Assembly: GCF_013297935.1 (NCBI RefSeq) | Contig: NZ_JAAFIX010000004.1 | Location: 154,168 to 218,167, forward strand | Origin: Rhodoferax sp. | GTDB taxonomy: Bacteria; Pseudomonadota; Gammaproteobacteria; Burkholderiales; Burkholderiaceae_C | Length of the DNA: 64,000 bases | Direction: 5' to 3' | Shown: piece after piece, positions 48,867-60,858 of the stretch | How positions within the stretch are numbered: the first letter of the stretch is position 1 | Layout: each line of letters opens with the position of its first letter | The notes under the pieces: generated by a model | The model's database searches: none | Told to the model about the DNA's origin: nothing | What the model saw: the letters and a program-made list of their open reading frames with translations, nothing else | Translations under genes and position numbers: made by a program

Positions 48867-49220
48867 ATGCACGTTATCGTTGAATCCCGCCAGGCTACGG
48901 AGACCACTTTGCGCGAAGAAGCGCACGCCCGGGTGCGCTTTGCCTTGCGCCGACTGGGCGCGGCGATTCCCCGCGCGCGGGTCATGTTTACCGACATCAA
49001 CGGCCCCCGCGGCGGTGTGGACAAGCACTGCCTGCTGGAGGTGAAAACCGACAAATCCGGCGTGCTGGTGATTTCGACCCTGGCCAGCGACTGGCGCTCC
49101 GCCTTGGACGAAGGCCTGGACCGCCTGGTTCGTGCGCTCACACGCACCTTGCAGCGCCAGAGCAAGCCAGTGCGCAGGCGCCAGGCCGTGGCCTTCTCGC
49201 AGCCTGACGCTGCTCTCTAA
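48867..49220 (+). CDS. HPF/RaiA-like protein
   Basis: RVMFTDINGPRGGVDKHC motif; RBS GGAG. Confidence 0.7.
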   Translation: MHVIVESRQATETTLREEAHARVRFALRRLGAAIPRARVMFTDINGPRGGVDKHCLLEVKTDKSGVLVISTLASDWRSALDEGLDRLVRALTRTLQRQSKPVRRRQAVAFSQPDAAL

Positions 49221-49234
49221 CGCAGGAGCCTCCT

Positions 49235-49513
49235 ATGAAATGCCCCCATTGCCCCGATAGCACCCTGGTCATGACCGACCGCCAAGGAGTGGAGATTGAC
49301 TATTGCCCGACTTGCCGCGGCATCTGGCTTGACCGTGGCGAGCTCGACAAGCTGCTCGACAAAGCCGCCGGCTCGCCCGCAGCGAGTGCGATGCCGGCCT
49401 CACGTGCGGCGCCGCCTCCACGGCACCGCGATTTCGAGGACTCGGACTACCACGAGCACAAGCGCTACCCGCAGGGGCGCAAAAAGTCGTGGCTGCACGA
49501 GATCTTTGATTAG
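49235..49513 (+). CDS. zf-TFIIB-like zinc-ribbon protein
   Basis: MKCPHC..VEIDYCPTCRGIWLDRGELDKL; C-terminal KKSWLHEIFD. Confidence 0.8.
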   Translation: MKCPHCPDSTLVMTDRQGVEIDYCPTCRGIWLDRGELDKLLDKAAGSPAASAMPASRAAPPPRHRDFEDSDYHEHKRYPQGRKKSWLHEIFD

Positions 49514-50466
49514 GGCTCGCCAGCCCCTTTGTCGCTGTGTTCCGGTAAGCGGTACACGAGCACTTTGAGTGCCCGCTCCGGCGCACTGTCTGCAAAGGCC
49601 GCGGGGTTGGGCAGGCGCTGGACAAACTCCAGCGCCGGTGCCTGCTCTTGCACATGGTTTTTCAGAAACGCGGTGTCGAGCTCCGGTGCGTTCAGGCACA
49701 CCAGTGCGTGACCACCGGGGGCCAGCAGCTCCGGCAGGCGGCGCACCAGACGGGCGTAGTCTTTGGTGGCGACAAAGCTGCCCTTTTGGTAGCTGGGCGG
49801 GTCCAGCACCACCAGGTCATAGGGGCCGCCGCGGGTGATCTTGCCCCAGGTTTTGAAAATATCGTGCCCCAGAAAACTCACACCGCTCTCGATGCCGTTG
49901 AGCCGGTGGTTTTGCTGCCCGGTGGCCAGCGCGCCCTGGCTCATGTCCACATTCACCACATGCCGCGCGCCCGCCTGCAGCGCCACGACCGAAAACGAGC
50001 AGGTGTAGGCAAACAGGTTCAGCACCCGGAATGCATAGGTCTTGGGGTGTGCCGCCACGTAGTCGCGCACCCAGCGCCGGCCCTGGGCCATGTCCAGAAA
50101 CAAGCCGTGGTTCTGCCCCCGCAGCACGTGGACCTTGTACTTCGCCCCCGCTTCGGTGACGACATGGGAGTCGGGTACCGCGCCCGCCATCAGGCGGGTG
50201 TCGGCCTGGCCCTCGGCGCGGCATTGGTACACCCAGTTCAGGGCTTCGCCGGGCGCCAGCACCTCATAGCGGGCGGCCAAAGCGGCGCCCAGTGTGGCCA
50301 GGGTGTCTTCTTCCACGGGCTTGAAACTGGTGAGCACCAGCACGGGGGCATACCAGTCCAGCGACCACTGCTCGCAACCGGGGTGTAGACCGCCCCGGCC
50401 ATGGAACAGGCGGCAGGCATCGGGGGGGAGTTCCATCGTGGCGATGGTGGAAAGCAAGGCTTGCAA
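49510..50466 (-). CDS. Class I SAM-dependent methyltransferase (RlmI/RlmK-like); TTG start inferred
   Basis: GLFLDM; VLNLFAYTCSFS; YDLVVLDPPSY. Confidence 0.8.
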   Translation of the reverse strand: MQALLSTIATMELPPDACRLFHGRGGLHPGCEQWSLDWYAPVLVLTSFKPVEEDTLATLGAALAARYEVLAPGEALNWVYQCRAEGQADTRLMAGAVPDSHVVTEAGAKYKVHVLRGQNHGLFLDMAQGRRWVRDYVAAHPKTYAFRVLNLFAYTCSFSVVALQAGARHVVNVDMSQGALATGQQNHRLNGIESGVSFLGHDIFKTWGKITRGGPYDLVVLDPPSYQKGSFVATKDYARLVRRLPELLAPGGHALVCLNAPELDTAFLKNHVQEQAPALEFVQRLPNPAAFADSAPERALKVLVYRLPEHSDKGAGEP

Positions 50467-50515
50467 GGTGGACTCAGTCAGTAGAGGATGTGGGGAGTGT
50501 ATGCAGCGCGCCGGC

Positions 50516-52832
<2,317 letters not shown>

Positions 52833-52874
52833 TCATGACTAGGTGATGGCCCCGGCGTGACTGCCGGAGCTTTC

Positions 52875-52919
52875 GGCCCTGCCCGGCGCTGTCCCCCAGC
52901 GCGGAGCGGGGCCTTTTTG
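52875..52919 (+). terminator. Probable terminator after katG
   Basis: GC stem ggccc..gcgctg/cagcgc..ggggcc followed by ttttt. Confidence 0.5.
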
Positions 52920-53036
52920 TTGGGGGAAGGACGGTAACTGCTTCGTCAAAAGCGTCCGGAACTGGCGGAGCACGCGCTACTATGCGTTGATGCGCAACTC
53001 CACTTCTATCTTGAAACGCATGGAACCGCCCTCAGC

Positions 53037-55298
53037 ATGAATAATGAAAATTGGCTCGGTGCTAAACAACTCAGTCTGGCCACATCGTTACGCTTGTTGT
53101 CCACTGCGTCTTTGGTGATCTGTGGCGTGGTGTTTGTTCTTCCGCCTGCCTTGTATTTCGAATGGGCGATGGATGTTGATGCGCGGACTCTGCGGACTGA
53201 AGCGCTCCTCAATGCGCAGTCGGTGTTGGCCTTATCGACCCAGCAGCCGGACAGTTGGAGCACCGACCTCAGCTTGCTCCAAGAACTTTTTTCTTCTGAA
53301 AACGATGTGGACGATGACGAGGAGCGGCGCTCGGTGTTCTCGGCTAGCGGTCAATTGCTTTTGGAGCAAAGCGCACAAGAACTGGATGCTCCAAGATTGA
53401 CTGAGCTCGTTCTAATTGGAGACCCGGAAAGTCCCATCGGAAGCGTTGCGGTCACTCGTTCTGTGCGGCATGTTTGGTTGGAATCGGCTTCGGTAGCGGT
53501 GGGAAGTCTGGTGTTTTCTGGTTTGCTTTTGTGGTTTATGCGTGGCGTATTGCTGAGTGCTTTGCGTCAGGCCATCGAGAAGCTGCAAGAAGAGAAAGAG
53601 CGGGCTCTGATAACGCTCCGGTCTATCGGCGATGCTGTCATCACCACAGATTCAGAGATGCGCGTGCAGTATCTCAATCCGGTCGCTGAGTCTTTGACGG
53701 GATGGACCACGGAAGAGGCGCAAGGCCTCTTGATGGACGAGGTTTTTTTCATCGTCCAGGAGGAAAGTCGGGCTCCCGCAGTGAATCCCATCAAGGAGTG
53801 CTTACAAAGCCTTCAGATCGTGGAAATGGAAAACCATACGGTGTTGGTTCGCCGTGGCGATGGTCAAGAGTTCCACATTGAAGATTCTGCAGCGCCTATC
53901 CTCCACTCTGACGGTCGGGCCATCGGCGCAGTGATGGTTTTTCATGACGTCACCGAGCGCAAAGCTTCTCAGCAACAGCTGAAGCACACCGCCTTTCACG
54001 ACACCCTCACAGGGCTACCCAATCGCCAGCTGTTTCGCAATCGGATATTGACGGCCACTGAGGCTTCGCGCGCAGACGGGACGATCACTGCTGTTCTGTT
54101 CCTGGATCTGGATCGCTTCAAGGGTATTAACGACAGCTTAGGGCACAGTGTGGGCGATGAGTTACTGATTTTGGTGGCGAAACGCCTGCGTCAGTGTGTA
54201 CGCGAGTCCGACACCGTCGCACGAATGGGGGGTGACGAATTCACCGCTGTCCTGGGCGGCATACATTCCGTGGACAACGTCCGCTTGATTGGCGAAAAGA
54301 TGTTGGCATCTTTGGCGAATCCGTTTCACATCGAAGGCCAACATCTGCGTATTTCCACGAGCATCGGCGTTTCACTGTTCCCGCAGGATGCAGACAATCT
54401 GGAGGACCTGCTGAAACTCGCAGATAGTGCGATGTACCAGGCCAAAGATTCAGGACGCAACAACGTTCAGTTCTACACACCGGACTTGAATACCCGGGCC
54501 ACGGAGAAGTTGCAATTGGAGTACGCGCTGCATACCGCGCTCGAAAACAATGAATATGCGCTGGTCTATCAGCCCAAGTTGGACCTGACAACGGGAAAGA
54601 TTCTGGGCGTTGAGGCTTTGTTGCGATGGGTGAGTCCGGAGCGAGGAATCGTGATGCCCGGGGACTTTATCGACCGCCTCGAAGAAACGGGCCGCATCGT
54701 ACAAGTGGGCCTCTGGGTGCTGAAGACCGCTATTCAACAAGCAAAGCATTGGTTGGATGCAGGTTGCCCCAAGGTGGTCTCGGTCAACGTGTCGGCTTAT
54801 CAATTGCGCCAATCCGGGCTGGTGGCGGACATTGCAGGAATGTTGGATGCAGCTTCCTTGCCAGCGAAATGGTTGCAGATTGAACTCACTGAGTCCCTGT
54901 TGATGAACGACGCTGATCGAAGTGATTTTTTGTTTGCCGATCTACTGGGTATTGGCGTGGGTATCGCATTAGATGACTTCGGCACGGGCTACTCTTCGCT
55001 CGGGTACTTGCGCAAGTTTCCGATTCAAGAATTGAAGATTGACCGGTCTTTTGTCACGGATATCGATTCGAGCGAAACGGCGGAGCGAGTTGTCAAAACC
55101 GTGGTCGAGTTGGGCCAAGCGTTAAACATGTACGTAACCGCTGAAGGTGTCGAAACGGCAGAGCAGTTGCTGCGTTTGCGGGCCATGGGCTGTGATGCCG
55201 TTCAGGGCTTCCATTTGGCCCGTCCTATGGACTCTGAAGCGTTAGACGTGTGGTTAACTGAGTTTCAACCCAGTGCTGACATCAGTTTTGAGATCTGA
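53037..55298 (+). CDS. Membrane PAS-GGDEF-EAL diguanylate cyclase/phosphodiesterase
   Basis: Two TMs; PAS (LRSIGDAVITTD..NPVAESLTGW); RESD I-site and GGDEF; EALLRW; DDFGTGYSSL. Confidence 0.92.
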   Translation: MNNENWLGAKQLSLATSLRLLSTASLVICGVVFVLPPALYFEWAMDVDARTLRTEALLNAQSVLALSTQQPDSWSTDLSLLQELFSSENDVDDDEERRSVFSASGQLLLEQSAQELDAPRLTELVLIGDPESPIGSVAVTRSVRHVWLESASVAVGSLVFSGLLLWFMRGVLLSALRQAIEKLQEEKERALITLRSIGDAVITTDSEMRVQYLNPVAESLTGWTTEEAQGLLMDEVFFIVQEESRAPAVNPIKECLQSLQIVEMENHTVLVRRGDGQEFHIEDSAAPILHSDGRAIGAVMVFHDVTERKASQQQLKHTAFHDTLTGLPNRQLFRNRILTATEASRADGTITAVLFLDLDRFKGINDSLGHSVGDELLILVAKRLRQCVRESDTVARMGGDEFTAVLGGIHSVDNVRLIGEKMLASLANPFHIEGQHLRISTSIGVSLFPQDADNLEDLLKLADSAMYQAKDSGRNNVQFYTPDLNTRATEKLQLEYALHTALENNEYALVYQPKLDLTTGKILGVEALLRWVSPERGIVMPGDFIDRLEETGRIVQVGLWVLKTAIQQAKHWLDAGCPKVVSVNVSAYQLRQSGLVADIAGMLDAASLPAKWLQIELTESLLMNDADRSDFLFADLLGIGVGIALDDFGTGYSSLGYLRKFPIQELKIDRSFVTDIDSSETAERVVKTVVELGQALNMYVTAEGVETAEQLLRLRAMGCDAVQGFHLARPMDSEALDVWLTEFQPSADISFEI

Positions 55299-55301
55299 GG
55301 C

Positions 55302-56420
55302 CTAAGCAGCAGGCGGTACCCGCAAGTCATCCAGGTAGTCGGCGGCGATGTTGATGCTGCACTCCACACCTATCGATGCAATGTGCTTGCGCAGCCAGCG
55401 CTTTGCACATGTTCGCCCGAGGTCCCGCAGCGTGTGTATCAATTTGGAGTCGGTGTCCGATTTGCTGGAGGCGGGGTACTCCTCCAGCGCGCCGCCGCCA
55501 TCGATACGGTGCATCAACACATTTTTGTAGCGAGCCGGGTCCAACTTGCCTTCGACCAGCAGGCGCTTCACAAAGTCGATGGCGCGCATCTCTGCCATGA
55601 GCGCCGAGTTGAAAGTGATTTCATTGAGCCGGTCCAGAATGCCCGCCGCCGTGGTGGGCAATGCGTTGCGGTGGATGGGGTTGATCTGCACCAGCAGCAC
55701 ATCGGGGCTGGTGCATTCGTAAATCAGCGGGTGAATGGCGGGGTTACCGGCGTAGCCACCATCCCAGTAGTGCTCGCCTTCGATCTCTACCGCCTGAAAC
55801 ACCGTGGGCAGGCAGGCCGAGGCCATGACTGCATCGGCAGTAAGTCGCTTGCCCGAAAAAATCTCGGCTTTGCCACTGCGCACTTGGGTGGCCACCACAA
55901 ACACCTTGAGCGGCTGGTAGGCGGCCAGGCGCTCAAAGTCTATTTGCCGCTCCAGGAAGGTGCGTAGGGGGTTGATGTCCAGCGGGTTGCTTTGGTAGGG
56001 GGACACTGCCTGCGTCCAGAAACTGGTGACCGCGTCCGAGAGAATCTGGCTGGGCGATGCCGAGCCGGTCAGGGCGGAGAGCCCGCCGAACAGCAAATCG
56101 AACGGCACCTTGTGCGCCCCGGCCAGTGTGTTGCTGAGCGCGCCCATGCTGACCACGCCCTCCCAAAAGTCGGCCAGCGACTGCCGGGCGCTGTCCCGGG
56201 CCGCCGCAGGCGGTGCGCCTTCAGCTTGCGCAAAGCCATGGGCCAGTGCCACCGCATTCATGGCGCCGGCACTGGTGCCGCTGATGCCCTCAAAGTCCAA
56301 GCGACCATCTTCCAGCAAAGCGTCCAGCACGCCCCAGGTGAACGCCCCATGCGAGCCCCCGCCTTGGAGGGCGAGGTTGACGATGGGGGGCGTCGTAGCG
56401 GAGCGTTTGGCGTCAGTCAT
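55302..56420 (-). CDS. Patatin-like phospholipase
   Basis: GGGSHG; GTSAG; DGG. Confidence 0.85.
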   Translation of the reverse strand: MTDAKRSATTPPIVNLALQGGGSHGAFTWGVLDALLEDGRLDFEGISGTSAGAMNAVALAHGFAQAEGAPPAAARDSARQSLADFWEGVVSMGALSNTLAGAHKVPFDLLFGGLSALTGSASPSQILSDAVTSFWTQAVSPYQSNPLDINPLRTFLERQIDFERLAAYQPLKVFVVATQVRSGKAEIFSGKRLTADAVMASACLPTVFQAVEIEGEHYWDGGYAGNPAIHPLIYECTSPDVLLVQINPIHRNALPTTAAGILDRLNEITFNSALMAEMRAIDFVKRLLVEGKLDPARYKNVLMHRIDGGGALEEYPASSKSDTDSKLIHTLRDLGRTCAKRWLRKHIASIGVECSINIAADYLDDLRVPPAA

Positions 56421-56446
56421 GGCCCAAGCTTAGGGCAAAGAGTCAT

Positions 56447-57310
56447 TCAGGCGGCTGACGGGGTGCCCAAAACCCCATCCCGGAAATCACTCAGCGCCTG
56501 GTAAATCTCCTGCTGCGAGTTCATGACGAAGGGGCCGTATTGCACGATGGGCTCTTTCAGGGGCTTGCCAGCAATCAATAGCAACTTGGCATCCGCGCTG
56601 GTAGTGATGGTCACGCCGTCGCTGGCGGCATCGTTCGTGAAGATCGCCATGCGTTGGGTGGGCACAGTCTTTTCGCCCACCTGCACCTCGCCACGGTACA
56701 CATAGATGAACGCGTTGTGCGTGGCGGCTAGCGCCTGGCTGAAACTGCTGCCCGCGGGCATGTGCACATCGAGGTACAGCGGCTGGGTTTTTTCGCGCTG
56801 CACGGCACCTGCGGTGCCCTGGCTTTCGCCGGCGATCACGGTCACTTGCACGCCTTGGTCGCTAGTTACCGTGGGTAGGTCGGTGGCCTGGATGTCGCGG
56901 TACCACGGCGCGCCCATCTTTTCGCTGCTGTGCAGGTTCAGCCAAAGCTGAAAGCCTTCCATGCGGCCTTCGGTCTGCTGCGGGATCTCGGAGTGGATCA
57001 CGCCGCGCCCAGCGGTCATCCACTGCACGCCGCCGTCGGTCACCAGGCCTTCGTGGCCGGCGCTGTCGCGGTGGCGCATGCGCCCACTGAGCATGTAAGA
57101 CACGGTCTCAAATCCGCGGTGCGGATGCTCGGGGAAGCCTGCAAGGTAGTCGTCCGGGTTGTCGCTGCCGAATGCATCCAGCATCAGGAAGGGGTCGAGG
57201 CGGTGCTGCAAGTTTTGCGTCAACACCCGGGTGAGCTTGACGCCCGCGCCATCCGAGGTGGCCTGACCGGCCACTAGGCGCTCGATGGTGCGAGAGTGTT
57301 GAACGGTCAT
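56447..57310 (-). CDS. Pirin-family protein
   Basis: FPEHPHRGFETVSY; MTAGRGVIHSE; QLWLNL; GPFVMN. Confidence 0.92.
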   Translation of the reverse strand: MTVQHSRTIERLVAGQATSDGAGVKLTRVLTQNLQHRLDPFLMLDAFGSDNPDDYLAGFPEHPHRGFETVSYMLSGRMRHRDSAGHEGLVTDGGVQWMTAGRGVIHSEIPQQTEGRMEGFQLWLNLHSSEKMGAPWYRDIQATDLPTVTSDQGVQVTVIAGESQGTAGAVQREKTQPLYLDVHMPAGSSFSQALAATHNAFIYVYRGEVQVGEKTVPTQRMAIFTNDAASDGVTITTSADAKLLLIAGKPLKEPIVQYGPFVMNSQQEIYQALSDFRDGVLGTPSAA

Positions 57311-57319
57311 GGGAGCTCC

Positions 57320-57742
57320 TTAAGCGCGGCGAGCGTCCAAGCTCCAGCCACCAGCACCGTTGGCAGCCAGGGCCAACAAGCCACCGACCACAGCCACGTT
57401 CTTGAAGAACAGCAACTGCACCACCATCACTTGGTCAGCAGGCACCGCCCAAAACGCGTGAAAGAAGAAGCTGGCCACCAGCGTGAACGCCGCCAACACC
57501 ACAGCGGCGATGCGGGTGCCGAAGCCTGCAATCAGCGCCACGCTGCCGACAATTTCAACCAGCAGTGCCAGCACAGCGCCCACCGCAGGCAGTGGCAAAC
57601 CGACGGAGGCGATGTAGCCCACGGTGCCTTCAAAGCCGGTCAGCTTACTGATGCCGGCGGGCAGAAACAGGGCGGCCAGGAGTACGCGACCTGCGAGGTT
57701 GATTGCGTTTTGGGCGGTATTGGAAGTGTGGCTGGAGGACAT
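57320..57742 (-). CDS. DoxX-family membrane protein
   Basis: GRVLLAALF..GISK; FFKNVAVVGGLL; GAGGWSLD. Confidence 0.88.
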   Translation of the reverse strand: MSSSHTSNTAQNAINLAGRVLLAALFLPAGISKLTGFEGTVGYIASVGLPLPAVGAVLALLVEIVGSVALIAGFGTRIAAVVLAAFTLVASFFFHAFWAVPADQVMVVQLLFFKNVAVVGGLLALAANGAGGWSLDARRA

Positions 57743-57842
57743 GAGGGTTTCCTTTCAAGGGAGAAGTTGTTTGCGATGGGTGAACTGTATTCCTCATCAA
57801 TCGGCCGGAGAATCCCTTGGAATGGATATGATTGTTGTCCCT

Positions 57843-58772
57843 ATGGAACAATCTAGCGCGCTCCACACTACGGCTATAGATCCGAATGACTTGCTCATCT
57901 TTGCCCGTGTGGCCGAGCTGGGCAGCTTTAGCCGCGCGGCCGACAAGGTGGGCTTGCCCAAGTCCAGCGTGTCGCGCCGGCTTGCGGCGCTGGAGCAGCG
58001 CTTGGGCGAGCGCTTGCTGCTGCGCACCACCCGCCGCCAGACCCTCACCGAGTTCGGCCAGCAACTGTTGGAGCACGCACGGCAAGTGGTGCTGGAGGTC
58101 GAGGCCGTAGCCGCCCTGAGCGAGCGCCGCCAGGCCACGCCCACCGGGCGACTGCGCGTCTCCATGCCCTCAGACATTGCCAACTTGTTGCTGGCCGACA
58201 TGCTGGGGGCATTTGTGGCCATGTACCCCGACATTTCGCTGGAGCTGGACCTGTCGGCCCGACGCGTAGACCTGTTGGGCGAAGGTTTTGACGTGGCCTT
58301 GCGCATCGGCGCTTTGCCGGACGACAGCCTGCTCGCTGCACGGCGCTTGCGCCTGATGTCCACCGGGTTGTATGCCTCGCCCCGGTACCTGGCGGAACAC
58401 GGCACACCGCAAGCGCCGCAAGACCTACTGCAGCACCAGGTGGTGCGCTTGCTGGGCGGCAACGGGGAGCCCGTGCCCTGGCGCTTGGTAAATGGCGATC
58501 AAGAGTGGACTGCGCTACCGCCCGGCCGGTTTGCCGCCAACGCACCCGACCTGCTGCTGCGCATGGTGTTGGCGGGCGCTGGCATAGGCGCAGTCCCCGA
58601 CGTGTTTGCCCAGCCCGATGTGCGCCGCCATGCCTTGGTGCGCATCCTGCCCGACTGGTGTTTTCCCCGCATGCCCGTATCCGCCGTCTTCCCCGGTCGC
58701 AAGCTCATGCCGCCCAAGACGCGGGTGTTTATTGAGATGCTACAGGCGGCTTTGGGGGAGTCGGCCCAATGA
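57843..58772 (+). CDS. LysR-family regulator (start uncertain)
   Basis: GSFSRAA..SSVSRRLAALEQRLGERLLLRTTR HTH; divergent from doxX-pirin; ATTGTT-N10-AACAAT dyad at 57831-57852. Confidence 0.9.
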   Translation: MEQSSALHTTAIDPNDLLIFARVAELGSFSRAADKVGLPKSSVSRRLAALEQRLGERLLLRTTRRQTLTEFGQQLLEHARQVVLEVEAVAALSERRQATPTGRLRVSMPSDIANLLLADMLGAFVAMYPDISLELDLSARRVDLLGEGFDVALRIGALPDDSLLAARRLRLMSTGLYASPRYLAEHGTPQAPQDLLQHQVVRLLGGNGEPVPWRLVNGDQEWTALPPGRFAANAPDLLLRMVLAGAGIGAVPDVFAQPDVRRHALVRILPDWCFPRMPVSAVFPGRKLMPPKTRVFIEMLQAALGESAQ

Positions 58773-58777
58773 GCATC

Positions 58778-58831
58778 AAAAGTGCACCCAGCCCTTGTGG
58801 AGTGTCCGCGAGTAGCTACTAAATCAAAAGC
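58778..58831 (+). repeat. 54-bp element, copy 11 (intergenic)
   Basis: aaaagtgcaccCAGCCCttgtggagtgTCCGCgagtAGCTactaaatcaaaAGC. Confidence 0.75.
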
Positions 58832-58856
58832 AGATCAGTAGCAAGTCAGTAGCAAA

Positions 58857-60122
58857 TCAATACGGGTGTACTGCCCCCGCCCACGCCAGCCCGGCGGCTA
58901 CACCGCCAAAACGGTTGCCTTCTACCAGCGTGGCTTCGGGCATGGCTTGGCGCAGCGCCTCGATCAGGGTGCGCAGTGCGGACGAACCGCCGGTGAGGTA
59001 CACCGCGTCCACCGCTTGCAGCCCGGCTGCGGCCACGCAGTCCTGGGCGCACTGCACCACCTGCGCCAGCGAGGAGTGCAAGGCGCTTTCCATGTTCACC
59101 GCGTCCACGGTGGGGGCCAGGCGGCGGTCCAGAAAGTCGAGGTCCACCAACGCACTGTCACCGCTGATGGAGCAGGCAATCTTGGCCGCCTCCACACTGG
59201 CGAGCATGCGGTGGCCGTGCTGCTCTTCCAGCGCGTCCATCAGGCGGCGGTGCAGGGCCTGGTCGGTGTAGTCCGTCCACAGCTCTTTGGCAAAGTGCAT
59301 GGACTTGCGGGTGTACGCCTGATGAATCAGGTGCCAGGTGCTCAGGTCAAAAAACACGCTGTTGGGCACAATGCGCCCGCCGGTGCCCACGTGCTTGTAG
59401 CCCAAGTAGGGCATCACGGTGGCAAGGTCCAGCAAGCGGTCAAAGTCGGTGCCGCCAATGTGCACGCCGGTGGTGGCCAGAATGTCTGCCGTGCGGTCGC
59501 CCTGCGCGCTGCGCTCGGGGTTCAGGCGGATGACCGTAAAGTCCGAGGTGCCGCCGCCAATGTCCACCACGAGTGCGGTGGTTTCGGTGGCCACGCGCTG
59601 CTCGTAGTCCAGCGCGGCGGCAATGGGTTCGAGCTGGTAAGCGATGTGGGTGAAGCCGGCCTCTGTGGCGGCACGGCCCAGCGTCTCTTGGGCCAGCAGG
59701 TCGCGCTCAGCGTTGTCGTCCACAAAGTGCACCGGGCGGCCCAACATGGCGTGGGTCAGGGGCTGGCCCACATGGGCTTCGCAGCGGCGCTTGAGCTCTT
59801 TAAAGAACAGCACCACGATGTCAAAGAAGCGGATGCTCTTGTCGCCCACCGCGGTGTACTCGTCCATCAGGCCACTGCCCAGCAGGCTTTTGAGCGAGCG
59901 CAGCAGCCGGCCTTCGGTGCCATTCAGGTAAGCCTGCATGGCCTCTGCGCCATAGAGCACGGTGTGGGTTTCGCTGGCAAAAAACAGTGCGGTCGGCATT
60001 TCTGACTTGGCACCGTCCAGCGGGATTACTTGCAACGCGCCTTGCGCGTCAATCAGTGCGCAGGCGGAATTCGAGGTGCCGAAGTCAATGCCGAGCACCA
60101 GAGGGTGAGCAGTCTCCATCAC
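58857..60122 (-). CDS. Hsp70-family protein (YegD-like, ATPase domain only)
   Basis: GIDFGTSNS; VDIGGGTSD; IGGTDFD; YLTGGSS; no substrate-binding domain. Confidence 0.85.
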   Translation of the reverse strand: MMETAHPLVLGIDFGTSNSACALIDAQGALQVIPLDGAKSEMPTALFFASETHTVLYGAEAMQAYLNGTEGRLLRSLKSLLGSGLMDEYTAVGDKSIRFFDIVVLFFKELKRRCEAHVGQPLTHAMLGRPVHFVDDNAERDLLAQETLGRAATEAGFTHIAYQLEPIAAALDYEQRVATETTALVVDIGGGTSDFTVIRLNPERSAQGDRTADILATTGVHIGGTDFDRLLDLATVMPYLGYKHVGTGGRIVPNSVFFDLSTWHLIHQAYTRKSMHFAKELWTDYTDQALHRRLMDALEEQHGHRMLASVEAAKIACSISGDSALVDLDFLDRRLAPTVDAVNMESALHSSLAQVVQCAQDCVAAAGLQAVDAVYLTGGSSALRTLIEALRQAMPEATLVEGNRFGGVAAGLAWAGAVHPY

Positions 60123-60790
60123 GCGGGCAACACTTGTTTCAGAAACGCCGCAATGTCGGCCACCTCACGCGGGTGCACGCTGTGTGGCATGGGGTAGGTG
60201 TGCCACTGCACGGGGTGGCCCAGGGCGGCCAGCGCATCGCGCGAGTCTTCACCGCGCTTCAAGATCACCACCGGGTCCTGGGTGCCGTGGGCCATGAAGA
60301 TGGGGGTGGTGGCGTTGGCGGTGTGGCGCTCGGCGGCAAAGCGGTCTGCCAGCGGCAGGTAACCCGACAAGGCCATGACGCCGGCAATCTTGTGCGGCAG
60401 GCGCAGCCCGGTGTGCAGGGCCATAGCGCAGCCCTGGCTGAAGCCCGCCAGCACAATGCGCTCCGCCGCAATGCCACGCGCCACTTCGCGCTCCACCAGC
60501 GCCGCAATGGCGGCCTCAGAGCGCTGAATGCCCGCTGCATCCTGCTTGCTCACCAGGTCCATGCCGTACAGGTCGTACCAGCCGGGCATGACGTAGCCGC
60601 CGTTGATGCTGATCGGGATGCTGGGTGCCTGCGGAAACACAAAGCGAATGGGCTGGCAGCCCTCCAGGTCCAGCTCGGGCACCAGGCCTGCAAAGTCATC
60701 GCTGGTAGCGCCCAGCCCGTGCATCCAGATGACGGCGGCGGTAGGGTGGGGGGCGGATTCGAGTTCGATGCAGTCGAGCAGGGCAGTCAT
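60119..60790 (-). CDS. Carboxylesterase/phospholipase (alpha/beta hydrolase)
   Basis: WMHGLGA; GFSQG; HGTQDPVV; MPHSV. Confidence 0.9.
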   Translation of the reverse strand: MTALLDCIELESAPHPTAAVIWMHGLGATSDDFAGLVPELDLEGCQPIRFVFPQAPSIPISINGGYVMPGWYDLYGMDLVSKQDAAGIQRSEAAIAALVEREVARGIAAERIVLAGFSQGCAMALHTGLRLPHKIAGVMALSGYLPLADRFAAERHTANATTPIFMAHGTQDPVVILKRGEDSRDALAALGHPVQWHTYPMPHSVHPREVADIAAFLKQVLPA

Positions 60791-60858
60791 GGCGCGGGCC
60801 TTGGTTTTCAATTTGGGAGACGGGTTTATACCTGAGTTGGAGCGGTTATCGTCAAGGC

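Noticed and set aside
58833-58858. Short tandem tcagtagcaa x2 as a CRISPR or iteron array
   Set aside because: Only two adjacent units, no spacers and no cas or rep genes. No CRISPR array was seen anywhere in the window.
58857-60122. dnaK
   Set aside because: About 420 aa with the ATPase domain only and no dnaJ/grpE; YegD-like.
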